Assembly (NCBI GenBank): GCA_965637545.1 | Contig: OZ281495.1 | Span: 22,196,001-22,260,000, forward strand | Length of the DNA stretch: 64,000 bases | Reading direction: 5' to 3' | DNA from: Phallusia mammillata | Lineage: Eukaryota | Shown: piece by piece, positions 35,834-48,225 of the stretch | How the letters are laid out: every line of letters starts with the position of its first letter | Numbering within the stretch: position 1 is the stretch's first letter | Notes under the pieces: model-generated | The model's database searches: none | Told to the model about the DNA's origin: nothing | What the model saw: the letters and a program-made list of their open reading frames with translations, nothing else | Translations under genes and position numbers: made by a program

Positions 35834-37980
35834 AAATTAAACTGCCAGAGATATTTTGTTGACACTTTACAGCAGGTCCAAGTAGGGATTCAATTCTTGC
35901 ATGTGTACATGATCTTACTTTTCACCGTCAAAAAACTTCATTTTAGAGATTTGTGTTCTATGTTGATTTTTGTTGACGATATTTCGTTTGATTGGTTATT
36001 TTTTATCACCGTCAACGATATTTCTACGGTCACATTATATAAATGTTATAACAACAATGGCATGTGGCGCACAACAAAGAGTTTTTCCTGTTGCGGCCCG
36101 TACCTGTTTGGGCTGTGCAGGCCTGCTGTACGGGATATATCGTAGTGCTCACGCTTCTACCATCGCTGTTGTAGGTTGTCAACTAAAAATGACAGCAGTG
36201 AGCGTCTGCACTGCGATGCATTATATATACAAGCTCCCTGGCAGATACGTTTATCGTTTAAAAAAACATTATGTTTATCTTTCGAACGTAAAGGGAGTTG
36301 TTTGGATGAATAAAAATTATATTTTTGTTTCAGGCTTTCAACGAAAGGTGCTTGAGAGCGCAACAATAAAGCTAACACCGGAAAAAACATCATTTCAAAT
36401 GTTTAATTCTCGCTGCTTGCTGTAAAAACGCCTGTAACAATTGGCTGGATAAAAAAAAAATATATTAAACAAAAATGAGGTTGCATTTTTTTTATTGCGC
36501 TCTTAAAACATTTAAATTGCTCTTTTCGCTTCGTCACCGACACCTTCCGGAAGAAAAAAAATGTCCAAGGTATTGGCTACCCTTCCAACCCTTTTCGTAA
36601 CCATAGTTTTAAAACCGTTTGGAGTACACCTTTTTTAGCTTTTACCAATCACATGGCACCTTCGTTTTAAAGTGCAAGTGCAGCTAAGTGGAATAAAGCT
36701 TATCGCAGAAATAACCCGTGCGTATTTTTATGTGGCCAGTGTCAACACAGCGATAAAAAGCAACATAAGTCGATGACCTAAGTCATTAAAAAAATTGTTC
36801 TGCAAATCATGTTAGTGGTATAGCGACAGAAAACGAGGATTTCAGTAGAAACAATACCAAGAGCTGATCTGACAAAGTAGCCAGAATATTTGGTATTTTG
36901 GAATAATAGCTGCAATCGGCAAAAACATTTCCCGTTGTCATGTCCTGAGCTTCACATGCCAAAAAATGTTGCTGTTTTTACGCCTGCGGCCAGCTGCGAA
37001 TTTTTTGCATCGTCAGTATGTTTTGGTAACATTGTGTCAGTTCGATTTCGTTATCCATCAAAGAAAAACTATTTAGACTCTGGTACCATTGGGTCCTGTC
37101 ATTTTTGCCCTCAAACAACAAATGCACACATTCTCGGAATGTCCAAAACAGTTTTGTGCTTTTATTTTGAATTTTAGTGTCCACTTGTACTTTAAAAAAA
37201 GGTAAAACTTTTGAAGATTTTGTGGTGACAAATAGTTTTAAAACAAAAATGCTTAAACATGCTGTCCATAACACAGACAATACATGTAACGAGTTCACAA
37301 AACTTACATTAATTTTTGTTTCGAAGTAAAGACTAGAATGAACAATTGGTATGCTTTTACATAATGGCAAAACATGAGCAAGCATGTGCTGCAAACATCA
37401 GTACAAAGTTTTGTTAAAAACACAATGCATAAAGTAGTTGTCTAAACAGTGTATTTAAGCATTAGCCTTCTATTACAGTAATACACATTTACAATCTTAC
37501 AACAAGATTTGTTTTCTCAGTAAAAGTTTATTTGCTACCTTTGCCTTGACTCTATGATTTTACCAACAATACCTTCAACCAAAACACAAAAACTGTAAAA
37601 AAATACACATTTAGCATTGCTTAGGATTGATATGCACCATATAATTTAACCAATTATTTCATAAGCACATAAGCAACTAACAGGAATTATGAGTTTTGCA
37701 ACAAAAAGCGATTGTTGACTAAGCCTGCAAGGCAGTCAGTACATAGTTGATGCCATTTTACAAGTAATTAAATCAAATATAATTGCATGATTGCATTTTT
37801 TAGCATATTGTGTAAAATGTTAGATAGTGAAATTTAAATTTTGGATGGTGGCCAGGGTTGCTGCTGTAAATGAACTCAACAGGTACAATAGCATTTTAAG
37901 CTAAAATACAGACATTGCAGTTTGCTTCAGATAATTTTGTTGAGATTTTAATTTCTAAATTTGTAGCAAAATGCAGTGTT

Positions 37981-39648
37981 CTAATCATTCAAATTAGGTT
38001 TTAAGACTCTCAAGCAGCCTCCAACCAAATGTAAGCTTCCAGTTATTAACACTTGTAGATGGTCTGATCCACATGGATGGTTTGGCCATGAGTTTTCTAA
38101 ACACAACAATTGTGCTACTTGTTGCAGTTTATCATCCCTGCCTTTTGACATCCAGACAATTGCATCTGCAATACAGGCAAACACATATGACTGTTCTGCA
38201 ACCATCAGATCATTATTGTCTTTGCACAGAGCATTCCATTCATCCTTGTTTTGCAGCACTTGCGCAAGGCGTGATTCCACGGGGCATTGTAGATTGTTTT
38301 GGTCATTGAGATGAGTAGGTAAAAGTGTTGCAATGTTTGGAACAAAAATTGCCTTGGAAAAATTACACTGGTACAAAGTGGATAAAAAACTATATGCATC
38401 ACGCTTTTTGGTGACATTAAAGACAAGTGTTTTTGTGCAAGGTTTAGACAGCTTTGCTGCTTCAGCATCAGATTCCTTTTGAAACCATTCAGTTGCACAT
38501 TTAACACTTCGCATAGTGTGAGCCCCATCCAAATAAAATGTCATTGAGTCAAACTTTATCACTTGTGCCCTTCCATTCCATTCGCAATTTGCCAAACCAT
38601 CCACAGTATTTTTATCTAGTTTTTCACCACTGAACAAACTAACACCTAATTGTTTGAGAAGCCAACAGTTGGCCAATTCTATTGCAAGTGATGCATTAAC
38701 TTTCTGATATTCTCCAGAAAGACCGAGGTTAACATTCTGTTTTGCTGTATAGGTTGTAAAATCTTGTGCAATGTTTAGGCATGCTTGTTTTTTCTTTGCC
38801 ACCTCCTGCAATACTTCTAAACCATTTAATGGTTGCAGAACTGTAAAAGCAGACACACCTGATTTAAAGATCCCTGCTTTATGCCAGGCGATTGATGCAA
38901 TAGTATCTCCCAATAAATTAGTGTGGTCAATTCCTAATGATGAAACACCACATACAGTAGGATTCGTAACAACATTTGTGCAATCATAAGTTCCTCCAAT
39001 TCCTACTTCAAAAATAGCTGCATCCACTTTTTCATGCTTGAAAATGTAAAATCCCAAAACTGTAAGAAAGTAAAAATATGATGGAAATTCTACATCATAG
39101 ATGTCTTTATCAAGCTCCAGAAGCTTGTAAACTTGCCAAAAATAACTTGTAAATAGTTCCCTTGAGATAGGTTTCCCAGCAACTCGAAATCTTTCTCTGA
39201 CTTCTATTAAGTGTGGTGAACTAAAAAAACCCGTCTTTACCCCATGGTGACGTAATATACTTTCAACAAATGCACATGTTGACCCCTTTCCCTTGGTACC
39301 AGCTACGTGGACAATGTTCATGCCTCCAAGGTCATCGTCAGTAATCTTCACACGAGCAAGGAAGTTTCTCATGGCAATTAGTCCGTAGCCTTCATACTTT
39401 TTAGCAAGCGGCATCATTTGTGTGCCTTGCAGTTGATTTAAGGTCTTTACAGCCTCTTCATAGGGGTAGTCAATCATGGCCATTTTGTGTATCTGGCGCG
39501 TGGAAAAAGTCACACGACTATGCAGCGACAGCCTTGCAATACTTTTGCGAAAAATCAACAACATTGTTTGCCGGTACATATACGTAATGGGAGTTCCCCC
39601 AAATATGTCGCCTAGAAAAGGGAATGTGTCGTGTGTCGCGTCCGACAT
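37981..39648 (-). CDS. FPGS: Folylpolyglutamate synthase, single uninterrupted ORF with a probable mitochondrial leader
   Basis: 555-aa ORF. Motifs: P-loop IVHVAGTKGKGSTC, TGFFSSPHL..RERFR, FEVGIGGTYDCTN, IAWHKAGIFK, FYLDGAHT, LITGSLHLVG. In-frame ATGs at 39648, 39579, 39564, 39483 and 39477; the true start is uncertain. Confidence 0.95.
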   Translation of the reverse strand: MSDATHDTFPFLGDIFGGTPITYMYRQTMLLIFRKSIARLSLHSRVTFSTRQIHKMAMIDYPYEEAVKTLNQLQGTQMMPLAKKYEGYGLIAMRNFLARVKITDDDLGGMNIVHVAGTKGKGSTCAFVESILRHHGVKTGFFSSPHLIEVRERFRVAGKPISRELFTSYFWQVYKLLELDKDIYDVEFPSYFYFLTVLGFYIFKHEKVDAAIFEVGIGGTYDCTNVVTNPTVCGVSSLGIDHTNLLGDTIASIAWHKAGIFKSGVSAFTVLQPLNGLEVLQEVAKKKQACLNIAQDFTTYTAKQNVNLGLSGEYQKVNASLAIELANCWLLKQLGVSLFSGEKLDKNTVDGLANCEWNGRAQVIKFDSMTFYLDGAHTMRSVKCATEWFQKESDAEAAKLSKPCTKTLVFNVTKKRDAYSFLSTLYQCNFSKAIFVPNIATLLPTHLNDQNNLQCPVESRLAQVLQNKDEWNALCKDNNDLMVAEQSYVFACIADAIVWMSKGRDDKLQQVAQLLCLENSWPNHPCGSDHLQVLITGSLHLVGGCLRVLKPNLND

Positions 39649-40630
39649 TTTAACAATTTATTTAAACTTAGTTTGTTATGGTAGCTTATTTAACATAATG
39701 GCAGCCATGTATCATGGTAAGTTGTATAACATAAAAGCATTGCTTTGGTCATGAGCTCAAGTTTTAGCAGAAGCAAATAAATTGTGTAACAAATGTTGCA
39801 AAAAAATCGGAAAATCCACTATCATCACACCCCACCTGCGCATTTCGCTAAATATCGACAGATTGCGCAAACAGTACAAACACCTACATCTTAAGACTTA
39901 AGTGCTAGTAATTGCTGATTTCTATTGATTCCCGCTTTTTCTCACTACAACAATCCATCGCGTTGTGTGACGTAACAATTAACTGGCAGTTTTGTGTGAT
40001 AACGCAACGTGGTTCAGTTCTTTTCGTCACTGACTTTCGTTGAGCAGGTTGCTACATTGGTTGTGTAGTGGTCGGTTTATGTTAATGTTCGCTGACGAGT
40101 CTCAAGGTTATAACTGCGTCACTGCAAACTGAAGAGGTATAGGCCTACCACCGTCCTTAACCTCTTTCGTCATTCTGCTTCACATTAAATGTTCTGTACA
40201 TTTGACCAAGATGCTTAAGGTGCACTTTGTTCACTCAGTGTTACTGTGCTGTTTCCACGTAAAAGCGTGAAACATTTTTACCATTATAAAACGTAAAACA
40301 AGTTTACCATCTTCGCCATGTTTGTTTAATTTAGCGTATTTTCGACCGTGAGGTTTGTGCAGCAGTTGCAAATGATGATTTATAATCTTTCATGTTAAGG
40401 GTTGAACCGAGATGGATGCATTACAATTCACATGACCGCCAGTGCTTTTGGCGCTACCTATCAGTATTTAGCAAATTTGGTCTTATGTACGTTATGGTGC
40501 CAGTTTACTCTCTAACAACTCGTGTGTACGTAATAATTAACAAATCAATAAAGTCTGATTTGTATTCAATAAACAATTCTTGAAACTCCCATGGCGTAAT
40601 TAGTTTGGAGGTAGCAGAGGGTATGCGAAT

Positions 40631-41075
40631 TAGTGATGGGACGATACCAGGTTTCGAAGCGAGTACCGATACCGAGTACGAGTACCACATGTATATACCT
40701 TCGATACCGAGTACCGAGTACGATTACCGAGTACTTAAGTACAGTGTTGTACTTAGTTGTATATCACCTGCTAATTTATCTGCCATGGCCGGCGTACAGG
40801 CGTGCACACACACATGCAGAAAAAAGTAATCTCCATAAGATAGCAAAAAAATACGTAACCTGGCGGAACTTTTTCCCAAATTTGTACTGTCCGAAGCATA
40901 TATTGGCACAAAGTTTCCAGTGTTCTTATAGTGTAAATCGGCCTTCGGTACTCGCACGTTGGTATCGAAAACTGAGACAAAATATTTCGATACCGAGTAC
41001 GAGTATCGATACCACTGAAATCGTTCGATACCATCGATACCGAGTACCGAGTACCGGGTACCCGTCCCATCACTA
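40631..41075. mobile_element. hAT MITE
   Basis: TIR TAGTGATGGGACG / CGTCCCATCACTA; TSD ATGCGAAT; dense TACCGA(G) subterminal repeats. Confidence 0.92.
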
Positions 41076-41782
41076 ATGCGAATATGTTTTGCGTACAAAA
41101 ATGTTTTAGTGTAGCCTTTCCAACATTGCTGAAAATTTGTCCCAACTGCTTTCATTATTTGCAAGGTATCTAACGCTTTAGGATTATGAAGGAATCCCAG
41201 TTATGAATATGCGTTCATCTTAGTTTTTTTTTAAATCTAATACTTGCGGTTTTCTATATGGCCTTGTGCCCAAGGGACGCGTAAAAGTAAATGTTACATC
41301 CGTTTGAAACACGTTTTATATCGGGCGATTATCCATTAAGATGTTAACACGAATCATTAAACAGCATGTTTCATCAATCTTATGTCTAGATTTTGGTTGT
41401 GATTTTATAGTGGTTAAATTAAGTTCCTAATTTCACCATCAGACATCTTATGAGTACAAAAGTGTTAAAACGTTTAATCCAAGCAATAAAAGTGCGAAGT
41501 TTTGTTTTAGACAACAGTTCGAACTTATGTATTTGAGTTTGTAGCGGTCACATGCAATAGTGTAGAACGTAGGGCAAACGGATGTATACACTAAATTTTC
41601 CCACAGTATACAACGCGCTCTAACACGGCTCGGAGCGCTCGGGATTTCCCCAAATTCTTGCCTATATAAACCGCGAATTCTGGAAAAATTGCCATTTTGA
41701 TGCTATAACGCTTAGATTAGACAGACAGGAACTAAACAGAAAGCATGCAGACCTGCGTTAGTTTAGATAAGGCTAAGTTTTT

Positions 41783-42105
41783 AATTTTAACAGCAACTAG
41801 GAAAGTTATAAAGTTTTAATTTAATTGGAAGCCTCTGGGCTTAGAAATTTTAACAGCAACTAGGAAAATTATAAAGTTTTAATTTAACTTGAAGCTTCTG
41901 GAATTAGAAATATTAACAGCAACAAGGAACATTATAAAGTTTTAATTTAACTTGAAGCCTCTGGAATTAGAAATTTTAACAGCAACTAGGAAAATTATAA
42001 AGTTGTAATTTAACCTGAAGCCTCTGGGCTTAGAAATTTTAACAGCAACTAGGAAAATTATAAAGTTTTTAATTGAACTTGAAAGCGCCTGGACTTATAA
42101 AATTT
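41783..42105. repeat. 63-bp tandem repeat, ~5 copies
   Basis: The CAGCAAC marker recurs at 41791, 41854, 41917, 41980 and 42043 (period 63). Confidence 0.9.
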
Positions 42106-42948
42106 TGCGACCAGCGACCCATAAGGTCTAATTAAAACAAATTAGATCATCTGTTAATTAAACATAGACAAACTAGTGCCTTCACTATAAGGGGCTAGTG
42201 TCAGCGCTAACATTTATTAGAATAAATACATGTTTAGTTAGGTTTTAGTATGGAGATTAATACAGGTTTAACGGCTTTTCCTTTGTCTTTCTTTGCAACA
42301 CTTAGTATTAATTGCTGTTAATGTTAATTGGATTCTATTTGAATAAGCCTTCTTGAAACATTTCTGTCGCTGATAATCGAATAAACCAACAATGTAGTCA
42401 ACGGATTATACAAGTGGTGCTTTCTGGAGTTTATCTCCAAGGAATCTTGAGGTAGCAGTTTGAACTATAAACTTAGTGAGGCTCATAGCGCAAACCTATT
42501 GCGTTGTTAAATTGTGAGCGTAGCATTACCAGTCCTTGAAGCCGCCTGAACCCCCGCAAGTTGTCAGAAAAAGAATTGTAAAAACTACCCTAGGTTAGGC
42601 TACAAGACGCCAAATTTCTGGGCATTATAAGTGTTTTTGAAAATTATTTCCTGACATAGACTTTACGCAGAAATTTCGGACATGACCGGGAAATTCCGGA
42701 CGTCTGGTAACCTTAATATAGGAGAAATGTGAATTTGCACGCGGGCTATTTTCCTTAATATGGTAAGCATTTTGAATGAAGTGTTTTTCTTTATATCAAC
42801 TGAAAAGGAGCATTTGCTTCTTTTAATTTTTAATCGTACGTTAGACTAAAAGAAATAGCATTGGAAAGACAAACAAATTCTTATTATGCAGTAAGCAAAT
42901 GAAGTTCTTCTTCAGGCTTACTCTTTACATATTAATTACTCTACTTAC

Positions 42949-43000
42949 CGGCAAAAATAACGATATCAAGCATCCCAAAAGTGTTTTTTGTCGAAGTCAT
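42949..43000 (-). pseudogene. Orphan first coding exon of an SLC5 paralog (MTSTKNTFGMLDIVIFA), with donor, upstream region and intron-1 remnant
   Basis: 52-nt exon with GTAAGT donor, homologous to 48225-48174 and 61618-61669. Intron-1 homology continues at ~41250-41500 vs ~47640-47880. No SLC5 exon 2 was found downstream. Confidence 0.8.
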
Positions 43001-43508
43001 TTCACTTGGCATCAGTGATGTCTTATGCTTGCAGCTGAAAAAGTCATTTTGATGCAAGCTTTACTTTCATTATTTTTCGGTTTGTTTGACTTTTTTTTCT
43101 CTTTCTCGTTCTTCTGGGTGTTAAGCTGTTGACTGATCACATGCCTTGTTTACAGAAACCGATTACATGAAGCAGTTTTTTGAAAATACACTTCACGTTA
43201 AAAGCATATCTAAAGATTTCCAGTTTTAATATAATTAAGATATAGTGTGATTTTATTTTTAACTGTTACGGTAACCGATATTCAAGCGAGTAGAAATAAG
43301 GTATTCACAACAAACAACGCTGCTTGCTAGACTGGTTGCGATCCAAACATCTGGTCGCCTTTTAAATAGAAGACTTCAAACATTTTACAAATGATTAAAC
43401 AGAGTACACAAATTACACCTAACATAACCAAAACGATTAAACACTAAAACATTTATATGAATATATAAAACTGAAACAGGTGACAACACATGAATGTTCT
43501 ACCAAAAA

Positions 43509-46500
43509 TTACATGTCTTTCTGGTTTAACGGAAGAACTTCGTCTTTTGGACAAAAAGATTGACTTGAGGTAGAGGAATCCAGAGACCCTCTGTTCACTG
43601 CCACTTTCTCAAGTTGAAAATCATTTCTTTCTATATTCGCATCATTGTTTAACGGAGGAACACCAAAGCGAAAAAATCGAACAACTGATTTTGGTAGCCG
43701 AAGATTGTCGATAATTGGTACAAATAGCTTGGGATCACTTTTCTTTGGGTCTCTAAAACCTAAAAAATGTTCAAATGATGCCAAAGAAGAAAACTGTTTC
43801 AATACAACTTGTAAGAATCAATAAGGCTATTATCCGATAACTTGAAGGATACTATCAAGCTTGCTATAATATATAGGTACTGACCTGTGCAAGCGGACAC
43901 AATAATTCCAACCATGAAAGTAAGAAAAAACCCGGTTGTCGTGCAATACATGAATGACATAGCTTGTATTGGATCGTAAGTTTTCTCCACACTACAAAAA
44001 TATTTGGTCAAATACTTCTGCTTGTGTGTAAAACGACAATATCGGTAACAAACAAATTTGTATTACCTAATAATACAGTATAACTTTCACCTACCTGTCC
44101 ACATGTCCAGTAGTGAGGTTAATCCAATCGCTAGGTGTCGTTGTGGGGTTGATTGTTGAGTTGTATGACGTCTTTGTGTACTGGTCAACAACATACGTGC
44201 AATTTTCTATAGAAGTTGGTAGCGCGCGTTGCGTTTCTGGTGCCTTTCCGTTTATTAGCCCTCCCAATGCAATCCACAAGGTGGTTACAAATCCAACCAG
44301 TTGGCCAGCGAAAGCACCCTGTGGTTAAACGCAAAAGGGTTGTACCATTTGAGCAAATGTAACGTCTTGCTGATTAAATTCTTCACATTTTATTTTGCAG
44401 CATAAAAGATTTAAATAGAGTAATGATTTTCGAAATTAAGAAGAGATTAATGCATTTTTAATTTATCGAGTTTACCATGATGACACCATATGTCACACCT
44501 GATCGACCATGTTTGCACTTACTTTCGCATTGCACCAGGGAACAAAAACTCCAAGCGTAAAAAGGCCTAATATAGGTCCTCCAAAGGCACCACGAGCCGA
44601 AAAGATTATGGATACGATTGTTTGAGAACTCAAAGAAGACAAGAAAGCAATTGCCGTCACAAAACATCCAATTAAAAGAGCTAAAAGAAATAATAAACTT
44701 ATTAGTTTCTATTATAAGTTGCCTTAATTGTAGGCCACCGGTTATTTTTCCGATGAGAAGTTGTCTAAAATGGGTCATATGAGGTCTGCAGGGCATAACA
44801 AAATCTTCCAACACCATTGAACCGGCAGCGTTAATTCCAGACGATACGGAGCTACATAAACAAAGCGTCATGCGTATGCCTTTTTATCCAAGAACAATTT
44901 GGCATACCTCAACGTTCCACTGTAAGCCGCAGCCACAAAAAATCCTGACATCCCTGGAAGATTTTTGAACGCTTCATGTGCAAGGTATGGCATCATTTGG
45001 TCGGATTTTGCAATTTTTCCAGCTTTGATGGGATCACAACCCTCAAAGAAAGCGTACAATACACAACCACATAAGATGGATAAAAGGGTGATAGTAACTT
45101 TGGGCACAAGAGCAGCGAGAGCTGCACTGCAAACACAACAAAACGGTGGCTGGTAAAAGTGTCTCAGACTTTGACCAAATATATATAGATCACTTTTACG
45201 CACATTCTTGCATCTTTTACGGATCCACATGACAAATATCGTTGGCAAATCGACTGATCAATGCAAGTTTTTGCGGATTGTATAGAACCATATCCAATCA
45301 TAACGGTCCAAAAAGTTGTGCGAATTCTGGGGTTTAGGTCAAATCTAATAATAAAAACGACCCAACAAGTTCACGCTGCATTTTCGTTTTCCATGCGTGC
45401 TTTATTGGAACTTGACTGCTTTATTTGAGCAAAATCTATGAAATCGCGGTTGACTCACACAAAAACATTGTCCCTTCCGCTTCGTTTCAGCGCGTTCCAA
45501 ACATTCTCAACACCATCGAGCATTATTAAAGCCTGGATGAGAACTGAAAGAACTCCTATCAACATAATGACGGCTTGAAATGTATCAGTCCACACGACAG
45601 CTTTCAGTCCCCCCTGCGAGTGTAACATTTCGTTGAATGATTTTTGCAAAAAAATATTTTTTATAAAACTTTACAACTTACAACTGTGGTGTACATTGTG
45701 CAAATGACGCTGGTCATAACAATGCTCCACGCTATACTGATCGGGGTTACAGCGCTAAGCGCCAGAGCGGGAAGATAGACGATCACACCCATGTATATCA
45801 CCTGAAATGGAAGGCGAAAGTTTTAAATATACACATGCTAAAGGTAAGGTTGTTTAAATTGTTGTGGACGATAACAAATCTGAAAAGCATGAGAATATTT
45901 CCACCGACCATATTTGCAATATCCAGGGCCGATGTGATTTTTCGTATGACGGGATGAAACCTCAAGCCCAGATACTAAAATCAATGTTTGTAAGGTTACA
46001 ATTCGATTACAGTGTAGATTGTAAATAAGCTGTACCTCATATATTGTGTTCAAACGAAGTCTATGAATCAAGGGAATGTAGTACAAACAAGCAATAAATG
46101 TTGGTATAACAAGTGTTAAAGAATACCAAAATGTCACAAGCCCAAACAGGTAAGTCTCCGAGGGAAAGCCAATAACTGTGATGGCAGATATATAAGTAAC
46201 TGCAATTGAACATGCCAAAGGAATCTAAGCAAGAAAAAGCAAACGTCAATAACAAATGCTTCTGTGTACTCGCTTGCAGGGCTGCCACTCCTTGGGATTT
46301 TTCTCAAGATCTTGGGATTTCAGTGCTGAGCTTGGGATCTTGGGAAAACTTTTTCAACCTTGGGATTTTTTGAAATTATCTGTTTAATACGTTTAAGATC
46401 CAATTAATACTATTGTTGCAAACAAAAATGATCCTTTTGCAAAAATCATATTTTTATGTAACGATTTGCGTAACAGTGCTTCATCAATTTTGTGTTCGAA

Positions 46501-48225
46501 GCAGTGTAAGTTGATTGAAATTCCCTATCAAAACTAGTGAGTCAGGCCAGTACCACAGGTTTTTCAATGTATCATGTGCCAGTAAAAAAAAAAATTTTCT
46601 TTTGTATTTTTCTAGTATTTCATAGCGTCATTTCAAAAGTACGTGATGGCTGGGACCTGGTGTAATACAAAGATTATGTTGCCTCCGCCAGCTAGGATTT
46701 AAACTGTGTATTTGCCATTTTTTGGTTATCTTGGGATTTTTGGACAAACTTTTTTAGTGAGGGAACCGTGAGATATCTTAAAATTCTCAGTGGCAGCCCT
46801 GCTCGCTTGTATGTTTGAGTGTGTGTTAAAATGACTTACTGGTGACATCTTCCGGTCGCCGTAAAAGTAGTTTTCGACATTCTTTTTACGTCGATCTTTG
46901 ACAGCAAAAAATATTCCGATACTGGCTGATATTGCCAACGTTGCTAAAATCAAAACGCCGTAAGTTAATCTATGCATCAGAGCTACATTGGTGTAATTGG
47001 GACATCACACTCACAACAGACAAAAATTTGCTAAATGTGGGGAGTAACCCTAACCTCAACTCTTACCGTTAGCATTTTTTCCCCGGTGTTCGAACCCAGG
47101 ACACTCCAGGGGCCGAATCCCAATCAGGTTTTTTTAAGTCTATGGGTCAGGTGCGCTAGACAATTCGGCCAAATTCCTTCCCAACCGTTAGCATTTTGAC
47201 AAAAGTATCTTTAAATATTGCTTTTTGCGCCACTTATCGGTATTTGGTATTTCTTCTCTAATGTTGCTCAAGGTGTTAGTGTACTTTCTGACAACTCGTT
47301 TGTTATAATTGACAAAACAATTTCTGTCGCAATTGTTATTCCAGTAAACAATCATTTAAACTGTGACGTAATCAGTTGAGAAGCGGTAGTGAAGGGTAAC
47401 AATATATTAGGTAAAAAGTATTTGGGTGAAACCTGTGAAAAAAGGCTTAAATTTCGAACTGCATAAATATGAGAATATGAAAGTAAAAATTGATTTTAAT
47501 TTTGTAGCTGAACATTTTACATACTTAGCACATAAATTCCGCTCGTCCATAATTTGCACAAGCCAATAAAGCGGTTTGTTAGAAAATATATGAGCGTTTA
47601 TTACATAGCCTTATGTATAATGATTGCGTTGTTTCATGTCTTGGCCAAGGGACGTGTGAACAACATTCTTAAATTCGTTAAAAACCTGTGTCGATACACA
47701 TTTAAACGCTGTAAACACGACCAGTAAGTATGTGTCATGGAAAAGATTACGTCAAATCAAACTTGCTAGTTTTCAGCTTGCATCTAGATATTGACTAGGA
47801 TTTGATAGTGGTAAAATTAAGTTCTAAATATCTCTTCACAGCTGATCATACGTACAAAATATTTAAAACGTTCAAAAATAAAAATGTTTTTGGGTTTATC
47901 TAACCAAATTTCGATTGTAGAAAAACGTAACCTAATGCGTTTTTTTAGTATAACAATCATTTTCAATTCAGTTTTTATGTTAATATGAACTAAAAAGTAT
48001 TCAAGCATTGTTTTTTTGTTTTTTTATCATTTTTTAAACGAAATGCCATGTAATGCTAAAATACGATAGCTTAGGCTGACAAACAGTTTCCCATGGCAGT
48101 ACATACACAGGTCTTGAATTTCCGATAGATTATTGTTGCTTCACTCGTATAGCATATTAATTACTGCACTTACCGGCAAAAATGACGATATCAAGCGTCC
48201 GAAAAGCTGTTGTTGTCGATGGCAT
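43509..48225 (-). CDS. Sodium:solute symporter of the SLC5A5/6/8/12 (NIS/SMVT/SMCT) group, 13 exons, ~632 aa
   Basis: Exons 48225-48174, 46943-46840, 46224-46036, 45974-45909, 45801-45682, 45613-45459, 45344-45204, 45126-44908, 44851-44739, 44680-44523, 44318-44095, 43991-43885, 43759-43509 (1899 nt, in phase). Motifs: GGLKAVVWTDTFQ, GFPSETYLFG, QRYLSC, AAAYSGTLSSVSSGIN. The exact paralog cannot be resolved by eye. Confidence 0.9.
46277..46801. mobile_element. hAT MITE in SLC5 intron 2
   Basis: TIR CAGGGCTGCCACT / AGTGGCAGCCCTG; TSD CTCGCTTG; TTGGGA(T) subterminal repeats. Confidence 0.92.

Noticed and set aside
37981-39648. Intronless FPGS as a bacterial folC horizontal transfer or contamination
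   Set aside because: The length, N-terminal leader, eukaryote-style motif context and host-like base composition fit a eukaryotic FPGS; a phylogeny would settle it.
40605-41164. Overlapping 120-150-aa ORFs on both strands (likewise 13579-13923, 16535-17113, 23426-23731)
   Set aside because: They coincide with GC-richer, repeat-laden MITEs that have TIRs and TSDs; no protein motifs.
35617-42105. 47-bp and 63-bp repeats as CRISPR arrays
   Set aside because: No unique spacers, eukaryotic context, no cas genes.
41561-42300. Solo LTR (TGT...ACA)
   Set aside because: The flanks AATAG and CTTAG do not form a TSD; left unclassified.
46726-46977. ORF-track ATG at 46977 as the SLC5 start
   Set aside because: The + strand paralog shows a 52-nt exon 1 and a 104-nt exon 2; the matching structure here is 48225-48174 spliced to 46943.
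47040-47190. B-box-like GGGTTCGAACACC and an AACCCTAAC motif
   Set aside because: No A box or cloverleaf and a single telomere-like unit; probably a repeat fragment.
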